This document shows positions 43,856-59,969 of a DNA stretch of 64,000 bases, piece by piece; position 1 is the stretch's first letter; each line of letters opens with the position of its first letter. This DNA is from the human T2T-CHM13v2.0 reference genome, Homo sapiens. The DNA lies in the NCBI RefSeq assembly GCF_009914755.1, contig NC_060929.1; one strand, 5' to 3'. The notes beneath the pieces are model-generated. The model searched no databases. It was not told where the DNA came from and worked only from the letters and a program-made list of their open reading frames with translations. The position numbers were made by a program, and so were the translations under genes.

Positions 43856-44940
43856 TCTCTGTCCTTGTCCATCTATCCATCCTTCCTTCCTTTTTTATGT
43901 TCACATAGGGCACTTACTACTATGAGCTAAGTGTTGTGTTAGGTGTTTTATCTGTATTATCTCACTTCGTCCTTAAAGAAACTCTTGAAGCAGACACTGT
44001 TACAGTCATTAAGATAAGGAAACTGAGGCACAGCAAGGTTATGTAGCTTTTCCAAAACCACACAGCCCAAACTTAAGGCTTGAACAGAGGTCTCTTGGAC
44101 ACTAAAACCTGTGATTTTAACCCCCTTGCCATTCTGCTTCTCTAACTTTTTGGAGCCTTGGTTGACAGAAGGATGCCCAATAATCCCAGCAGGGAGGATA
44201 GAAACAAGGAATATTTGCCGGCCATGCCTCTCTGGTTTCAGAAGAAGGCTATGAGAGTCTCAGGAAATCCTTGCCCTATTTATGTGGTTATAGAGAACTC
44301 TGGGAGCTTGGTCAGGATCACATCCTACTGAGATCCAGCTCAGGACTCAAGTATGAAAAGAAAACAAGCACAAAGCCCCCCCACCCCACCCCTGCCCGCA
44401 ACACACACATACCAAACAATCTCTTTTGACCTTTCCTGTACCTCACATTGGATTACTTTTTCTCCAATGACATGGCTGTTAGGGAAATGTAGAGTACATA
44501 ATGGCCTGAGCCTGCCTTGCCTCTGACCCCTGCCCTGGCTACTCCCATATGCCCCTGATGCCCACAAATGCCCCTGCATCCAGAAGATCTTGATTTCAGG
44601 AGAAACGAAGGGGGTGAGGGAGAAGATGGACAAGAGTCCTGTCTACACAGAGGTGGAAAATCACTGGTTCTGCAGAGAATGGGCCAAAAGGCACTGTGAG
44701 TCCTCTAGTTCCAGGATGGCTGACTCACAGGCCTAAGTAAATTTTGCCCAGAACAATGCAGGGGAACCCCAGAGGCCGTAGCCAATAGGTTGCTTTATCT
44801 AGGACTAAAGTCAAGGGCATGGGTCTCTGGGGAGCCCCAGAAGATTGTACAAGGGTATATATTAGTACACTAGGGCTCAGACTCCAAGAAAACATATCTA
44901 GGGTGGAAGAAAGCACATATTTATGCGTGCATGTGAATGT

Positions 44941-44941
<1 letters not shown>

Positions 44942-44981
<40 letters not shown>
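44942..44981. repeat. (CA)n microsatellite
   Basis: About 20 CA units. Confidence 0.97.
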
Positions 44982-44982
<1 letters not shown>

Positions 44983-45269
44983 CAGATAATAATGTACATG
45001 CAAGTTAATAGTCATTTATAACTTCAGAGCTGGCCAGATCCATTTCAGGCAGTCAGACCACTTGGCAATCACCAAAGCTGCATCCCTATAGTGACCTCTT
45101 CCCCATGACATCTCACAATGCGGCCAAGAAAGCAGACAACTCCCCAGATTCAAGAATCACTCCTGGATCTCTTTTGAGATTTTCTACTCTTGCAGCTTTC
45201 CCCGGATCAGAGTTTTTGCACATGCTCTTCCCTTCTCTGGGAATGCTCTTTACCCTGCTACCAGGATAA

Positions 45270-46700
45270 CAGCCGCAGAGGTGTTAAGAAGTAGTCAAAT
45301 TCTATAAATAATTTGAGGGTAGAGCAGACAGGATTTGCTGATGGATTGGAGGCAAGGCAAGAGAGTAAAGGGGAGTCAAGGATGAGGCTGATATTTTGGC
45401 CTGTGCATCTAAAACTTTGGAACTACTGTTAGCCAAGATGGGGGAAGACTGTGGGTAGAGCAGGGGGTTGGGGGCAGATTTGGATATGTTAAATTTGATA
45501 TGCCTACAAATATTCCCAATTATAGATGCCCAACAGATGATTGGATATACACATATGGGGCACTCAGGGATAAGACCAAGATAGAGAGATGTAGGTGGTA
45601 ATTTAAAGCCATGAACTTGGATGTGGTTACCGTGGGAGATGAAGACAAGGCAAGAGGAGTGTGGACTGAGTTCTGGGCTACACGAGCCAGAGAGAGGAGG
45701 AAACAGCCCCCAGTGTGGTGGGGGAGAAGCAAGAGAGAGCATAGTTGTGAAGGCCAAGTGAAGGGAGAGTTTCAAGAAAGGAGGGAGATAGGGAGGGAGG
45801 GAGGAACTGGTTAGCCAACTTCTGCTGAGACACAGAGAAAGATGAGGATAACATTGGGTTGGGCAATGAAGAGCCCACTGGTGACCCTGCAAAGAGTTGC
45901 TTGGTCCAAAGATGGGCATGACCTATTAGCAGGAGTGGTTCAAAAAAGAGTGGGGGAAAATAAAAAGGAACAATGATGTTGAGACGTCCAAAATAAAGGA
46001 GGAGAGAAAACGGGTTGATAGCTAGGAGAGAATGTGGTCAAGTCGGGTTTTATTGTTTAAGATGGAGGAAATCGTGACATGCTTCAGTGCTGATAAGAAT
46101 GACATAGGAGCGAGGCACATTGATGATTCAGGGGAGAGAGGAGAAAAATTTTAGAGTGAAGCTCCTGAACAGGCAACAGAGGTAATCCCAGTGCAAAGGG
46201 ATGGCAGTGGCCTTTGGCAGGGCCAGAGACGGGTCACCTGTGGCAACAGCGGGAAGGCAGAAGTCAGGGGACGGGGGGTGGCAGATGTGGTGGTGGGTGT
46301 CTGTGGAGGGTCTCTTCTGACCACTTCTGTTTCCTCAGTGAAAAACAAAGCCAGATTCTCAGCAGAGGCCAGGGAGAGATGAGGAGGTATGATGACTGAG
46401 AAGGAAAGGTGAGACATCGCTGCTTAGGAAAGGCTGGAGGGTTGCCGGGCGGCAGCCAATGCCCATTTGAGGTTAGTGGTCATGAGCTGTAAGTGAGATT
46501 CGTCCACAGAAGTGTGTGTGTTTCTTCAGCAACATTCAAGTCCCCTGGGTGAGAGGGTGCAAACAATAGAAGGCTGAATTCAGCCAAGGTTAGGGCGTTT
46601 CCAGGCAACTATGATGGAGGAAGAGAGGGGCCCAGGAATTGAGGGAATGTGCTGAGAGCAATTATGAAAATGAGCCATGAAATCTATGCTGAGTAATGAG
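45270..46700 (-). mobile_element. Long L2 fragment (3' portion of ORF2 region)
   Basis: gtagagcagacaggatttgctgatggattgga...ggagtcaaggatga...ggatatgttaaatttga...tttaaagccatgaacttggatg...cttctgtttcctcagtgaaaaa. Confidence 0.8.
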
Positions 46701-48949
46701 GGAGGGGGCCTCATTAAGCGGGTGAGGAATGGTGACAAACGACAAAGTCTATGAATTATATGCCTCTGCAGGGTCTAAGAACTCTTGGACAGGGCATGGC
46801 GCTGGGGCTTAGGAAGGCTGTGCTATATAATTCTAGCTCTGCCCTAGAGCTATGCAACTCCATGTAAACCACAGCCCTGGTTTCCTCCATCAACAGAATC
46901 AGTGGGTTGGATGAGATGAGTCCTAAGATGACCTATTCTATTCTCCTTATTCTGAGAGCTGGAGAGAATATTTGAATTTTAATGTACTGCATGGCCTTAG
47001 GATTTAATCTCCCTATGCCTTGGTTTCTTCATGTGAAAATGGGCATAATGATACCTACTAGGATATCCATTCAAATGTGTAGTGCCATGAGAAGATTTTT
47101 GTCTGTTTTGTTCACTGCCACTTGAGCCTGGCAACTAGTAGGTGCTCAATAAATACTTGTTGGTTAGTTGGTTGGTTCATCGGTTGGTTGGTTCATTGGT
47201 TGGTTGAATGACTAAATGAGTGAATATCTACTCCACTTATCTAACAGAATTACTGAGGAACAGATGAGCCAAAGGGGGCAAACTTTGTGAAGAACTGAAA
47301 GTGCTATAAGTTGCGTGCTGCTGCCCAAGCCCCCTGTGCTGGCTATTTCACTTCAGCTGTTAAAACTAGAGTATTTCATTAGGCACCTTCCAGAGTATCG
47401 CAACCAGGTTACTGAACAGTCACAATCACAGTAGCACAAATCAAACACTTTGACCCATACTGCTTGAAAGAGGGTCCTGAGAGCTTGGAGCAAGAGGCTC
47501 ATGCCAGCAGTTCTGTGCAGTAGGGTGAGAGAAGCAGAGGCAGCTTCAGAACAGAGTGAAGCCAGAGTCAGGGCAAGCATTCTTACACCAGGTGGGACAT
47601 CCACATAAGGTTTCTACATGAGAAGAGTGAGGGGTGCAATTAATAAAAGGAAAAAGCAGATTGCCCCCAAAAGCTAACTTTCTCTTTTTCCATGCTGCCT
47701 GGGAATAAATATGGCAGGGCTATGTTGGGGGCAGGGAAGAGGGACTGAGAATGCGTTAGCAACACTCTGCAAAAGCACGCTCCATCAAGACATTAAGCAT
47801 GCCTTGGGCAGCCTGTGGTTAATATCTACTCATTTCTATGAGGAATTAAGAGAAAAATACTTCAGGCAGCTATTAGGATTTTTTCCCCTTTTAAGACCCC
47901 CAAAACAATGCAGCAAAGCTGGTTCTAAATCAGATGGCATGAGCACAGCCCACCACAGATTCTCCATGTTCTCTCTGGGTTATTCTAGGCCTTTCATCTA
48001 GGTCTCCAACCCCTTCGACTCACAGGTAGGAAACTGCCAGATGCAAATTGAAATAGAAATACTCTAGCTAGTAGATATCAGGGAGGGCAGGTACAACTCA
48101 GCACAAATTTTCTGGAAGTGTACTGTTTAAAATGATCCTGTTTGAACCCATTGGCCTTTTCTTTTGTTTTGAGTTAGTTCAAAGTGACAAAGTCCTGACA
48201 GTAAACGATTCAAACATTCCTAGTTTGTGAATGACAAATTTCTCTTTCATTTTTGTTCTAAACACTCAAAATCTGCAAGATCTGTTAATGATGGTGTGCC
48301 TCTCTGTGTGTTTATCTAGGCATTTACATCTACATTTACATATACAGCAACAACAAAAAAAGTTCTTTTAAGCCTTTTCTGGCATAAGCCAAAGAACGTA
48401 GAATAATTATCTGTGACCAATTCTCATCTATAACTAATTAGAATTTTTATTTTCTCATAGCATTTCTTCCCGATTCAGGTCCAAGGTTTTTTTGTTATTT
48501 TTTTTCTTTTGCTAGAAAAGGAAGATACCTGGATAATATGAGAACTGTAGGATGGAAAGGGAGCTGGGTAAAAGGGGGAAAGGGGCACTTTTCAGATTGC
48601 ATTGTCACTTCGATCTGATTGAATCTTTTCCTTATTCTTTTTTTTTTTTTAATGCTTTTCCAGCACGGGAAGGATTTCTCAACCCTCTGGCTATTGCATT
48701 TGAACTGAAGTCTGCAGAAATAGTTTAAGAGCCCCCGCTCACCTCGCTCACTCCCACCTCAGGCGAGCAGTTCCACATCCCAACCACAGCTTTGCGATCC
48801 CATCCAAACTTATTGGCGTTTCAAACTGAATCCCAGATGTTCACTTACTGAGAAATAAATGAATGGCCCAATTCGTGGACTGAAGCAGGGACCCTCACAA
48901 ATAGATTCCAGGTGTGTTGGCCTCTGGACCACTATCTTTCTCTGTTTTA

Positions 48950-48954
48950 CATAC

Positions 48955-49002
<48 letters not shown>
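48950..49002. repeat. (CA)n microsatellite
   Basis: About 19 pure CA units preceded by cata units. Confidence 0.97.
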
Positions 49003-49004
<2 letters not shown>

Positions 49005-49277
49005 CACCAAGTCCATCCTGAAAAGAATTCAACGTCATCTCCAAGTTAGAGCCAGTATAGGATGAACAGAGGTAGTTACCTAACACAAATAACATATTTT
49101 CAATTGTGGATGAAGGCAAAGGGCTCCACATTCACACTCTTGTGCCTTCAATAACCAAAATCATGATGTGTTTGATGTTCAAACTCAGCTTAGGCTTAAA
49201 AGAACTAAGAACGGCTAAATGACCTGAATTATCATCACTGTTCATTATCCATCTTAGCTGCCTTCTTGTGTTCCCCT

Positions 49278-49601
49278 GTGCTATGGTCCAAATGTTTCTG
49301 TCCTTCCCCCACTAAAATTCACATTCAAAATTCAACCACTGAGATGATGGCATTTGGAGGTGGGACCTTTGGGCGGTGACTGGGCCATGAGGGTGGAGCC
49401 CTCATGAATGGGATTAGTGCTTCCTTGCATCTTCCACAATGTGAGCACATAAGCTAGAAGGCGCCATCTATGACCAGAAAGTGGGTCCTCACCAGACACC
49501 AAGTATACTGGCACCTTCCTTGATCTTGGACTTCCCCTTATTTATTTATAAGCCACCCAGAGTATGCTATTTTGTTATAGCAGCTGGAATGGACTAAGAC
49601 T
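49278..49601 (+). mobile_element. MaLR solo LTR (MST/MLT1A-like), internally deleted
   Basis: tgctatggt...aggtgggacctttggg...catgagggtggagccctcatgaatgggattagtgc...tttataagccacccag...ttttgttatagcagc...ggactaagac. Confidence 0.88.
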
Positions 49602-49762
49602 ACACAATTCTTATGTCAAATTTAACAAGCACCTACTGTTTGCTTACCTGGGGGCAAACAGGGAAGAAAAAAAAGAAAAGGAAAGATCTGCCTCAAAGAA
49701 TTCATAGTAGTGTTTTGAAACATCAAAATTCCAGTTGCTTACTTATAAATTAAGAAATTCAT

Positions 49763-51540
49763 ATTCTGTGAAGAAAGTCATTGGGTAGCTTGATGGGAAT
49801 AGCATTGAATCTACATATTATTACTTTGGCAGTAGGGCCATTTTCACAATACTGATTCTTCCTATCCATGAGCATGGAATGTTTTCCTATTTGTATCCTT
49901 TCTTATTTCCTTGAGCAGTGGTTTGTAGTTCTCCTTGCAGAGGTCCTTCACATTCCTTGTTAGTGGTATTCCTAGATATTTTATTCACTTGGTTGCAATT
50001 GTGAATGGGAGTTCACTACTTTAAATTTCATATGGAACGCAAAAAAGAGCCTGTATAGCCAAGAAAATCCCAAGCAAAGAGAACAAAGCTGGAGGCATCA
50101 TGCTACCTGACTTCAAACTACACTAATAGGCTACAGTAACCAAAACAGCATGGTACTGGTACCAAAACAGATATATAGACCAATGGAACAGAACAGAGGC
50201 CTCAGAAATAACTCCACACATCTACAACCATCTGAACGTTGACAAACCTAACAAAAACAAGCAATGGGGAAATGATTCCCTATTTAATAAGTGGTATTGG
50301 GAAAACTGGCTAGTCATATGCAGAAAACTGAAACTGGACCCCTTCCTTATACCTTAGACAAAAATTAAGATGGATTAAAGACTTAAAAATTAAGATGGAT
50401 TAAAGACTTAAGTGTTAGCCCTAAAACCATAAAAACCCTACAAGAAAACCTAGGCAATACAATTCAGGAGATAGGCATGGGCAAAGAGTTAATGTCTAAA
50501 ACACCAAAAGCAATGGCAATAAAAGCCAAAATTGACAAATGGGATCTAATTAAACTAAAGTGCTTCTGAAGAGCAAAAGAAACTATCATCAGAGTGAACA
50601 GGCAACTTACAGAATGGGAGAAAATGTTTACAATCTATCCATCTGACAAAGGGCTAATATTCAGAATCTACAAAGAACTTAAATTTACAAGAAGAAAACA
50701 TACAACCCCATCAAAAAGTAGGCGAAGGATATGGACAGATACTTCTCAAAAGAAGACATTTATGCAGCCAACAAACATATGAAAAAAAGCTCATCATCAC
50801 TGGTCATTAGAGAAATGCAAATCAAAACCACAATGAGATACCATCTCACATCACTTAGAATGGCGATCACTAAAAAGTCAGGAAACCATAGATGCTAAAA
50901 AGGATATGGAGAAATAGGAACACTTTTACACGTTGGTGGGAGTGTAAATTAGTTCCACCATTGTGGAAGACAATGTGGCGATTCCTCAAGGATCTAGAAC
51001 CAGATTTCACTTAGCAATCCCATTACTGAGTATACACCCAAAGAATTATAAATCATTCAACTATAAAGACACATGCACATGTATGTTTATTGCAGCACTA
51101 TTCACAATAGCAAAGACTTGGAACCAACCCAAATGCCCATCAATGGTACACTGGATAAAGAAAAGGTGGCATATATGCCACATGTGGAATACTATGCAGC
51201 CATAGAAAAGGATTAGTTCACATCCTTTGCAGGGACATGGATGAAGCTGGAAACCATCATTCTCAGCAAGCTAACCCAGGAACAGAAAACCAAACACCAC
51301 ATGTTCTCACTCATAATTGGGAGTTGAACAACGAGAACACATGGACATAGCAAGGGGAACCTCACACACCAGGACCTGTCGGGGGTAGGGGGCAAGGGGA
51401 GGGATAGCATTAAGAGAAATACCCAATGTAGAAGATGGTTTGACGGGGTGCAGCAAACCACTATGGCACACGTATACCTATGTAACAAACCTGCACGTTC
51501 TGCACATGTATACCAGAACTTAAAGTATAATAAAAAAAAA
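49763..51540 (+). mobile_element. 5'-truncated, 5'-inverted L1PA (roughly PA7-PA10 age), element A
   Basis: 49763-50017 is antisense ORF2; 50015-51540 is sense ORF2 end, 3' UTR and poly-A. Probable TSD aaatta(ag/ta)aaattca at 49747-49761 and 51538-51552. ORF2 fragments in the track (e.g. 50963-51205 CMFIAALFTIAKTWNQPKCPS) are disrupted. Confidence 0.95.
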
Positions 51541-52399
51541 TTATAAAATTCAATGTCTACTAAGTGCCTATTCTGCATCATACTCTGAGATACAAAATTC
51601 AGTAAGACCTCCTCCTTAAGGAACTTGCAATCTAGCAGCAGAATAAGATAAGCAAGATAAGCCCCGTGTGAACATGTGATGTGTGCCACAAAACACAGAA
51701 GCTGTGGGAGAAATCGCTATGGCAGATAGCTACCCAGGGCAGTCCACAGTGGGGGGTGCATCATGACCCAGGCAACGGACATAGAGAGAAATGAGAGGTA
51801 AGGCCAGACAGGTAGGATGAAGGTATGGGGCCTTGTGGGAAGCCAGCGGGTTCCAAAATGCAGTTGTCCAATCTCTCAAGATTTCAGAGGGCAAATAAAT
51901 GCACAAAAAAATTTACTTGCATTATATTTTTTATGTTTTTACAAAAATGCGTAACTCTCTCATGGTCATTATTAAAGAGAGGCCAAGGAAAAAGAAAGGA
52001 AGTTGACTTAAAGTCAAATTAAAGAAAATAATTTGAGTAAAGGTGTTGCATGAATTGACAAAAACCATGAAGAAGGTATAGAATGTACTGGCACTTGGAA
52101 AATGATGTGTTGCTCAGCAGCTGGTCACTGAAGTTTCCTGGGAAGGACTGGCATGAAGAAAGTCAGTTAGTAGGAAGAGAACTTGGGCAGTGGTATGCAG
52201 AATGTGTTGGGTGGTGGGGGTGAAACTGGAGTTGAACATGACAAAGACCGTTGTGTGAGTCAAAGGGGACCAGAGGTAGGAATGAATGAATGAAAGTAAG
52301 AGGAGAAACAGGAGACAAGGCAAAACTTAGTGGCAAATGGGATGAAGACAGTTAGAATAGAGACAGGGCGTGGAAACTGGTTCATTGTTTCCAATTCTT

Positions 52400-52850
52400 C
52401 CGCACACTAGTAGAATTATACACCCAAGGGTTTGGCCGTGTGATTTTGCAGTATCTTCCATTAAAGTGGGAAGTATATATTTCCATGTTCCATTGATGTT
52501 GGGTGTGGCCATGTAACTTGATTTGGTTAACAGAAGGTTGGTGTGAGTGTGATGTGAGCAGAGATTTTAAATGTGCTTGAGTGACTTGGCTTGATCTCAT
52601 CTCTTATTTCATTTGCCATCAAAAAATATGCCTTTGATAGCCAAGAACCCAAATAGAAGGAGAAGTCACAAGGATATTCCTGAACCCAAATCACAGCCTG
52701 AATCCAAACCCAACTGAGCCCAGCTAAGACCATCTGAAACAGCCAAACCCAGCCAACCCATGACCCATATACAAAGAAAATAAATGCTTATTTTTGTAAG
52801 CCGCTGAGATTCTGAGGTTGTCTGGCTAGAAAGGAAAACTGAGTAATGCA
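52400..52850 (+). mobile_element. MaLR LTR (MLT1H/I/J-like) inserted in an L2
   Basis: gccgtgtgattttgcagt...ttgatgttgggtgtggccatgtaacttg.tttgg...aaataaatgcttatttttgtaagccgctgagatt. Confidence 0.8.
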
Positions 52851-52859
52851 GAGGAGGAG

Positions 52860-55420
<2,561 letters not shown>

Positions 55421-56269
55421 CAAAGAAATAGCCAGGCTTCTGTTCTAGAAAAATGTGCATAATAGTGATGGCTTTGACAGACTCAGAAGCTTGGAAGGAG
55501 AAAGAGGTGTGGAATAAAGTAAGAGTGGCCAAACGAAGGTACCAAGATGGCAAGTAATAGGTCAAGTTCAAAGAGACAGCAGGCATCATCCACTTGGTGG
55601 TGAGAGCTAAGCCATGAGCATTGGGAGAGTCTGTCATTTACTACTCAGAACAATTGACTAAACTCATCAAGTCTCAGTCTTCTCATCTGTTAAATGGAAA
55701 GAAGACAAACACCTCCTTCCCAAGGGAGTTGTAAGAATTAATTGAAATCATATAAGTGGCTCTGTATTCTGCCTGATATAAAATAAGTGCTCAATATCTG
55801 GTTCCAAGTAAGTTGACAACACCCGCTTCATGGAGAGCCCATCAAGGGGGAAAGAAGATGTCCCATGCAGAGTTTGCTCTAAGGCAGCAGGCAGCAGAAG
55901 TCAGGGCTCAGGAGAAAGCACTGTGTGAGGCAGTAATTATAACAGCTCCCACAAGGGCCTTAAAGGGGAATTGGGATGTGGAAAGAGAAAAGAGGCAGAG
56001 GAAAACCCAGGAACCGCAGTGAGGAAGTGGCAACAACCAAGGCTTGTCTGGGAAACTGGGAGGAGGCCAGGGTGACTGGGAGGGCCCTCTGGAGAGGCAA
56101 ATAAAGTTCCCAAAGGGGAGGTGCGGCAAATCCGTGTGTGAAAAGGTGGGTAGAGGGGATGGTGGTGGTGGAAGTGGGTGGAGTTCTTTAACACCAGTAT
56201 ACTGAACCTGGGTATTACCCAACATTTAACGGAGACTCCCTAATTGTCTTCAAGAGTAAAGTGAAAGGG

Positions 56270-56960
56270 ATATGCTGCTCTGCAATGAATCCAACGTGAC
56301 ATCTCCTGTGGGTATCCCAAAGGCATGTTCACCATGGACACTGTCATCTCCTTCCATCCCCAACCTGGTCCCCATCTCAGAGAATAGCTCTGAGCAAGGG
56401 CTCATGCTTCCCTCCTTTTCACTTGACACTCATGATGTGCAATCAATCGCTGTATGCCATGAGGTATGCATCTTTAAATATGTCTCCAAACAATCCCCTT
56501 CTCCTAACTGTATGGCCGTTCCCCTGGTCCAGGCTGCCATCTTCCCTCCGCATTACTGAAAGGGGCACCTCCTTGCCTCCAGTCTCGCTCCTCACCCTTC
56601 CACTTAAGCCTTAAATCCACCTTTATTGCAGAAAGAATGATCTCCCTATAATACAAACTTAATTATGTTGTTTTCCTGCTGGAAATCCTTCAGTAGCTCC
56701 CCATTGCCCTCAGGAAATCATCGAAATGTTTTAATCCTACCTGGAAAGCTTTGTGTCATCTGTCCTCTGCCCCCCAGCCATGACGAACTTCCTTTAGTTC
56801 TTGAACGTAACTCGCACTCTCTCACCTCTGGGCCTTTGCTGATGTTGTTCTATCTGGAATACTTTTTCCTTCTCCTCTACTTTATTAACTCCAGTTCAGC
56901 CTCTAGGTCTCAGCTGAGAGGGCATCCATTCTAGGAAGTCTGTCTGATCCTCCTGTCTAC
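56270..56960 (+). mobile_element. L2 fragment
   Basis: ccctggtccaggctgccatc...aatccttcagtagctccccattgccctcagg...gggcctttgc..atgttgttc...aggtctcagct. Confidence 0.7.
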
Positions 56961-57029
56961 TCCCAGAGTCCTCTGTCATTATTTTACTATAATTTTCTAT
57001 TTATTTGTTTCTTTCATCACAGAGTGAAT

Positions 57030-57250
57030 GAAGGCTAGGAAACCCTTTCTGTAAAGAGCCAAACAGTAATTACTCTGGGCTTTGTAGGCTCCATGGTGTC
57101 TGTCAACATTACTCAATTCTGCTGAAGGAGTGCAAAAGCAACCATAAACAATACATCAATAAATGAGTGTGGCTGAGTTCCAATAAAACTTTATTTATAA
57201 AAGCAGGCAGTGGGCCAAATTTGGCCCACGGCTGCTGCTTGCCATCCCCT
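57030..57250. mobile_element. MER58A-like hAT MITE
   Basis: tttctgtaaagagccaaacagtaa...ggctttgtaggc...tactcaattctgc...gttccaataaaactttatttataaaagcagg. Confidence 0.88.
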
Positions 57251-59969
57251 GCCCATCTCCCTGGCCCGATCAGAATGTTTTGTACATCAAAGGAGCTCCT
57301 AAAGATTTCCTGAATAAAGAAGGAAAGATTGAATAAATATTTGAATAAATAAATGATACATTTCAAAGGCCAAGTGCTAACCTTGTTTGAAAAACTTCTT
57401 TCCTAGAATGAAATTCCTATTTTAGGAATTGTCTTTTCTTGTTCCCTCATGTCTAAAGCCCTTTATCATCATCATAATATTTATGGAGTACCACTCTTTT
57501 AAACATTTTACATTGATTAATTTATTTCATGCTCAAAATAACCTATGATAGTTCAAACCTATTATGAGAGTTCATGCCTATTTTTATCCCTAATTTACAT
57601 AGGAAGAAATCTTAGAGGGGTTTCTTAAAGACAGGGCTGTGCCTTGCCCTTGGCCAATTCCTCTTTTCCTAGAGACCCTCACTCAGTGCCTGGAATCCAG
57701 CCCCTGGGTTGGCCTCCTTCTGCCAAAGTTGTCATGACTGGCCTGAATCCATGCCTCCCACCTGCCCTGATCAGCTCACACACTGTGCCACCAGCCAGGG
57801 GTCAGGTGGCTAGTGCAGATCACCTGCTCACCTAACTCTCTAATTCCCTTATCCACCATCTCCAGGTCTGACACTGCTTTCCTGTGTCCAATGGATTCAT
57901 CTCTGCTCTGGGCCCCAGTGACCCTTTGAGCTCCATTCCGTCCCTTTTCCCTTCTCTCACCATTTTTCTGGCCTCCAAGGAAGTTCTAATACCCACCTGA
58001 CACGTTTCAAAGATTAATGCACAATGGATTATATCTAGAACTTGAAAAGTGTGAGAAAAATCCAAGAGATGAGAAAGGCTCTGATAGAAACAGTAGCAAG
58101 TTCAGCAGTCTTCCTATAGAGATTTGGCCAATTACCGAAAACACTTTCTTTGGCTGAAAAGCTCACCATTGAATCAGACTTGGGGAAGAACGTGCTGTAA
58201 TGTTAAACCCCAAAGGGCCACTCTTTGCCCTGAGCCCTGATTTCATCTGTAATTCCTCGATGGTTATCTGAGGTATGCTACCTGTGAGGATGTGAGGGCT
58301 CCCAACAAAAGCAAATAACTCATTGAGAAGCTGGAGGCAGCACTTTCAGCCTGAGTTTGTCTTTTCTCTCTTTTCCGGATGTGGGTCTTTATATGTCTGT
58401 CATCCCAAATTCAGCAGCCCGCAGCAGTGCTGGTTTGAAACCGACTTATGAGCCGATAGGTATTGCTACGGGGAGATGCGTGGCTCGGATGTTAATTGCT
58501 CATTAGCCATCTGTGTGTGCCGTACTTCAGTTAAAAGACAAGAGAAAGAATGTGAGCCACTGATACCTGGGAGTCCAGCTACCAACACACATGGAAACCA
58601 TCCGGGGAGACCTCAGGTTCAATCCACAGCTTGGCCACATATTTATTCCTCACTAAAATAACATCTGGCTTTCATTTTTCGGTGACAACTCGTTTGGACA
58701 AGACCTTGAGTAGGTTAAAAAAAAAAAAAAAAAAAAAACTTAGACTTTCTACCCTTCCCCCAGCCTTGGGGAGCTAAACTTTAAGTTCTTTTGTGAGCCA
58801 AGGGTGTGAATAAATTGGTGTGAAGACAGCAAGCAGGGTGTAAACAAGGAATTCTTTCTTTCTTCTTATTAAAAGACAATGACTCTCTCAAGAATTCACA
58901 CACTCTCCACTTGTAAGCAGGGCAGAGTTCCTGGGGAAAATATATAGCAAATTATGCCTAGGTCCCAGGAGCTCACAGCTGAAGTACGTGGCAATCCCAG
59001 GGCTCGACTTTGTGGCTGAGGGATTGGGACCCCAGTGTTGGATGACTGGGTTTGGGGAGCATATTTGAATGTTGTAGTAATCCAGGAGAACATGACACCA
59101 TTGCCACAAACACTCTACAGGTCTAATGAAGAGCTAGTGGCCCTGATCCAGCCTGGGGTTCCTGGGGGCCCTTGGTACAACACAAGTTCCTGGAAGTCAG
59201 GGGCATTTATCTCCTGGGTTCTTTACTGCACGCTCAACACCAGTGTCTGCTGCAGTAGGCAACGAACCAGTAATTGCTGAATCAATGAGCATATGAATAC
59301 AACACACAGGCCGCTCTGTGATTCTAACCCCTACCTATGGCCACATCTCTTCCAAAGTATACCCACAATTCCGAGAGGTGGGAGGTCATTAACCATGTGG
59401 TAAAAAAGGATCATTGAGACAAAAAGACAATATTCCTCACTGGCTGAAACACACAGAACAGAGATGGAATGGCAGCTGCTGTTTCCCGGCTGTCCAGCTA
59501 AGACATTTCTGAGGAAGAAATGGGTGAGGTTGCACAGAAAGCAAGACCTTTCACAGAAAGCGAGACCTTTTCGTCTCACACCCAAACTTGAAATTTAATT
59601 CAGTGCCTAACATGGGCAGAGCATGTTGCAAAATGCTTTGGAGGTCTCCGAGTAGTGAAGAAAGAAGAAGGTGTCTGCTTTTGGACTTCCTTGAAGATAT
59701 TTTCATAGGCCATGCTCCTTTCTACCAAGGACTGTTTGTACCAGCTGCATGCTTACTGTATGTCCTTCAAATGTCCCCATATTCTTTTGAGTCACTTCAG
59801 ATCTTTGCTTAATCATCATTATCTCAGGAAAGCCACAAGATATCACCTTCGCCATGAATTGGTAAGTGGATGGCTGCCAGGCAATTGTGCATGATATCAC
59901 ACCTTAGACCCAGCAAAACAAACTAGATAACAAAGCCAGCCAAGGCTATGTGGCTGCCTAGTTGAGAGC

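Noticed and set aside
45302-45919. 205-aa minus-strand ORF
   Set aside because: Lies within a decayed L2 element and has the S/P/L-rich composition typical of L2 remnants.
58717-58738. Orphan poly-A tracts (also 3293-3309 and 61904-61918) as ultra-truncated retro-insertions or processed pseudogene tails
   Set aside because: No convincing TSD and no upstream mRNA-like body or poly-A signal.
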